32,000 nt of DNA, from assembly GCA_002220235.1 (NCBI GenBank), contig FO082266.1; one strand, written 5' to 3'. The notes under the pieces were generated by a model. The model had not been told where the DNA came from. It searched no databases and was given only the letters and a program-made list of their open reading frames with translations. The stretch comes from Bathycoccus prasinos. Taxonomy: Eukaryota. Made by a program: the position numbers and the translations under genes. Positions 29,685-32,000 of this stretch are shown in pieces (position 1 is the first letter of the stretch; each line of letters opens with the position of its first letter).

Positions 29685-31658
29685 ATGGTGACGATATCGG
29701 TGCTTCCATCGTGGCAACACCAACGACGAAAGAGCTCGCCCTCGAGGAAAAGAGAGTGTGGTCGGAATCGTCGTCGCTCTTTGAACAAAGCGACGACGAC
29801 GTTTGGGAAGATGCTGTTTTTGCGTGTATTTAACGATGATGATGACGACGAGAAGAAGAGAAAGCAACAAAAAGTGATGATGAAACTGCACCAAACGCGA
29901 GGGGAGAAGCGCGGCGTTTTTGTATCATCACATCGAGGAGGAGTTTTAGGAGGAGTTTTAGGAGGAAAAAAGAGTAAGAGAAAGAAAGCGGCGGAGATGA
30001 CCGAGCGGACGATGACGAGCTATTACGACCGGTCCTCGCGAGGCGGGTTTCGGCCGGAAGATTTTTCGTCGGTGGACGAGGACGACGAAGAAGAAGAAGA
30101 CAAAGAAAAGCAGAGACGACGACGACGAAGACGACGACAGTCGGGCGAGAGCGCTTCGACGACCTCGTCTTCAACTTCGTCGTCGTCGTCGTCTGCGTTT
30201 ACGAACTTTTCCATGAAGATGATACTGGACGGCGAGGAGACGAAAGAGATATTCACGTTGGCGGTTCCCGCGCTGGGCGCGTTGTTAGCGGATCCGCTGA
30301 TGTCTTTGATCGACACGATGTTTGTCGGGAGAATCGGCGTGAACGAGTTAACCGCGCTCGGACCGAATGCGGCTATATTCCAAGTCATTTTTCAACTGTT
30401 TTCGTTTCTTTCCATCACGACGACTGGGATGGTCGCGAGACACTACGTGAAATTCAACGAAGGGTGCGAAATCGCAGAGTATAAAATTAGGAGGAGCGTG
30501 TCGATATCGCTGTTTTTCTCCGTCGCGTTTGGCATGGTCTCTTTGATCGCGTTGAATTGTTTCGCGAGCGATATTTTACGTCTAGTTGGAACGCCGGAAA
30601 GTTTGCTCGCGACGGCGGCGCCGTATTTGCGAATACGTGCTTTCGCGACGCCGTTCGTGTTGGCCTCCTATTGCGCGCAAGGCGCGTTTATTGGGAAATT
30701 AGACAGCAAAACGCCGTTGAGAATCTTCGCTTTCGCCGCGGTGCTCAACGTCTTCGGCGATTTCTTGCTCGTTCCTTCGTACGGCTTACGAGGTGCCGCG
30801 TTCGCGACGTTGTTCGCGCAGTGCGCTTCCGCAGTTCTGTTCTCCTCGCAACTCTTTGGGCAAAAGATGTTACCGAAAATAGGAAGTCCCGAGTGGAAGT
30901 CTCCGCCGACTGCGACGGAAATCCAACGCATCACCAAAGTCAGCTCGGCGCTCTTCTTTTCCTCAATCTGCCGCATGGGCGTGTACACGATGATGACCAC
31001 GACCGCTCTGCACCTAGGGAATGCCGTCATGGCCGCGCACCAAATAGCCTTGAACGTCTTTTGGTCGCTCACCTACTTCGTGGACCCGCTCTTCGTGGCC
31101 TCGACCTCCTTCATCGCCAGAGACTTTGAACGCGACGCGGAGAAAGCGAAAACCATCGCCAAAAAACTCCTCCTTCTTTCCTTCGCCGTCGGCGTCTTCA
31201 TCTCCATCGTCGCCTTCTTGGTCTCCGCGTTTGCCTCTGGAGCGTTCACCACGGACTTTTACGTCCAATCCTTGGTCCGATCGGTCTCTGTTTACATGCT
31301 CGTCTCCCAGTGCGTCTCGGCGGTGGTCTTTGTCAGCGAAGGCATCCTCATTGGCGCAGGCGACGCGCGATATTTACTCCGCGCGCACTTGCTCAACTTC
31401 CTCGCCCTCGCCGTCGTTTTACGAGGCGTTGGTCACTTCTCCTTGGGTTTACGAGGCATATGGTTCGCCGTCCTCACGAACCAAATATTTCGGTTGATGC
31501 AACACGCCAACCGAACGATGGTCGATAAAAACGGGCCGGACATTTTTTTACTCAACGGAAACGGAAAAGACTGCGGTGTTGGCGACGCCGCCGACCCCGA
31601 CGACGAGGATGATTCCGCAGAGGTGGACGTTCGAGCGACACCAACACCAACAACATAG
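29685..31658 (+). CDS. MATE family efflux transporter with a long charged N-terminal extension
   Basis: ORF 29670..31658 starts at GTG; the first ATG is 29685. The true start is uncertain because several in-frame ATGs follow. The MATE core, from about 30230, reads EIFTLAVPALGALLADPLMSLIDTMFVGRIGVNELTALGPNAAIF..., then 12 hydrophobic segments and a second-half repeat (..MAAHQIALNVFW..). Confidence 0.8.
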   Translation: MVTISVLPSWQHQRRKSSPSRKRECGRNRRRSLNKATTTFGKMLFLRVFNDDDDDEKKRKQQKVMMKLHQTRGEKRGVFVSSHRGGVLGGVLGGKKSKRKKAAEMTERTMTSYYDRSSRGGFRPEDFSSVDEDDEEEEDKEKQRRRRRRRRQSGESASTTSSSTSSSSSSAFTNFSMKMILDGEETKEIFTLAVPALGALLADPLMSLIDTMFVGRIGVNELTALGPNAAIFQVIFQLFSFLSITTTGMVARHYVKFNEGCEIAEYKIRRSVSISLFFSVAFGMVSLIALNCFASDILRLVGTPESLLATAAPYLRIRAFATPFVLASYCAQGAFIGKLDSKTPLRIFAFAAVLNVFGDFLLVPSYGLRGAAFATLFAQCASAVLFSSQLFGQKMLPKIGSPEWKSPPTATEIQRITKVSSALFFSSICRMGVYTMMTTTALHLGNAVMAAHQIALNVFWSLTYFVDPLFVASTSFIARDFERDAEKAKTIAKKLLLLSFAVGVFISIVAFLVSAFASGAFTTDFYVQSLVRSVSVYMLVSQCVSAVVFVSEGILIGAGDARYLLRAHLLNFLALAVVLRGVGHFSLGLRGIWFAVLTNQIFRLMQHANRTMVDKNGPDIFLLNGNGKDCGVGDAADPDDEDDSAEVDVRATPTPTT

Positions 31659-31729
31659 AAGTCATCACATTAATTCTCATCATCGTTAGAAGATTAAGAT
31701 TGTGTTATATTTTATTAGAAGTCATCACA
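31656..31729. repeat. Perfect 14-nt direct repeat TAGAAGTCATCACA (31656..31669 and 31716..31729)
   Basis: Read directly. The first copy overlaps the MATE stop codon (TAG, 31656..31658). Confidence 0.95.
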
Positions 31730-32000
31730 CACAGCAAACAACACATTTTTAAACGGAACGAAAGTAAAACGCGCTCATAAAGTTCTCTTCTTTCTTCTTC
31801 GTCTTCGTCGTCGTCGTCGTCTTCTCCCGGTGTGTGTTGGGTTCGAAAAGAAGGATCTCGCAGCGCGTCGTCGTTTCGCTCTCGCCAGCCCCTCTGTGAA
31901 AATTGTGAGCACTTAATTGGAGAAATAAGGGACACGAGGGAAAAAAAGAAGCAATTTCCGGACAAATTTTGGATCGTTTCTCTCTCTCTTTACACTCGCG

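Noticed and set aside
31705-31965. 86-aa minus-strand ORF at the right edge, with a poly-Asp/Glu stretch.
   Set aside because: It starts at TTG, the translation looks like UTR or low-complexity sequence, and no homology is recognisable. It is most likely 3' flank or intergenic DNA between MATE and a gene beyond the window.

Overview
This window is eukaryotic, not prokaryotic. It is a very gene-dense stretch of nuclear DNA from a plastid-bearing picoeukaryote. Gene content (PTOX, DGD1, CYP51, VDAC, WAPL, AP-3), roughly 50% GC, short spliceosomal introns, intron-containing tRNAs and many N/D/E/T/S low-complexity inserts suggest a Mamiellophyceae green alga, possibly Bathycoccus-like. The taxon is inference only. 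I model 19 protein-coding genes, covering about four-fifths of the window, plus 2 tRNA genes. In order they are: AP-3 beta (partial, 2 exons), VDAC porin (4 coding exons), DJ-1/PfpI, plastid terminal oxidase, POT/PTR2 transporter, GDA1/CD39 apyrase, a small BOD1/Shg1-like protein, a TraB-family protein, USP39/Sad1, tRNA-Trp(CCA), a small glycine-zipper ORF, DNA polymerase alpha subunit B, tRNA-Glu(UUC), a ZNF706-like protein, WAPL, DGD1, a zinc-ribbon protein, a coiled-coil protein, mitochondrial-type uS9, CYP51 and a MATE transporter. All family calls rest on motifs I recognise in the translations; no searches were run. I see no CRISPR array, rRNA, transposon, viral gene, operon or defence-type system. 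Neighbouring genes are functionally unrelated housekeeping genes, so I do not claim a novel multi-gene system. The supplied ORF track uses bacterial start rules (GTG/TTG) and ignores splicing. I therefore trimmed several 5' ends to the first ATG, recovered two spliced genes by hand, and discarded many long antisense ORFs as artefacts of low-complexity, stop-poor coding sequence. The points most worth a second look are listed here. (1) Both tRNA genes carry canonical-position introns. (2) Five introns, all in two adjacent genes, share near-invariant GTACGTT...ACAG boundaries. (3) One VDAC intron is 456 nt, in-frame and stop-free, and carries a tandem repeat and a weak box C/D-like element. (4) Telomere-type TTTAGGG motifs sit in several promoter gaps. 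(5) The CYP51-MATE intergenic region is dense with short direct repeats. (6) One head-to-head gene pair has only 39 bp between its ATGs. (7) A canonical E2F-type site lies just upstream of WAPL.
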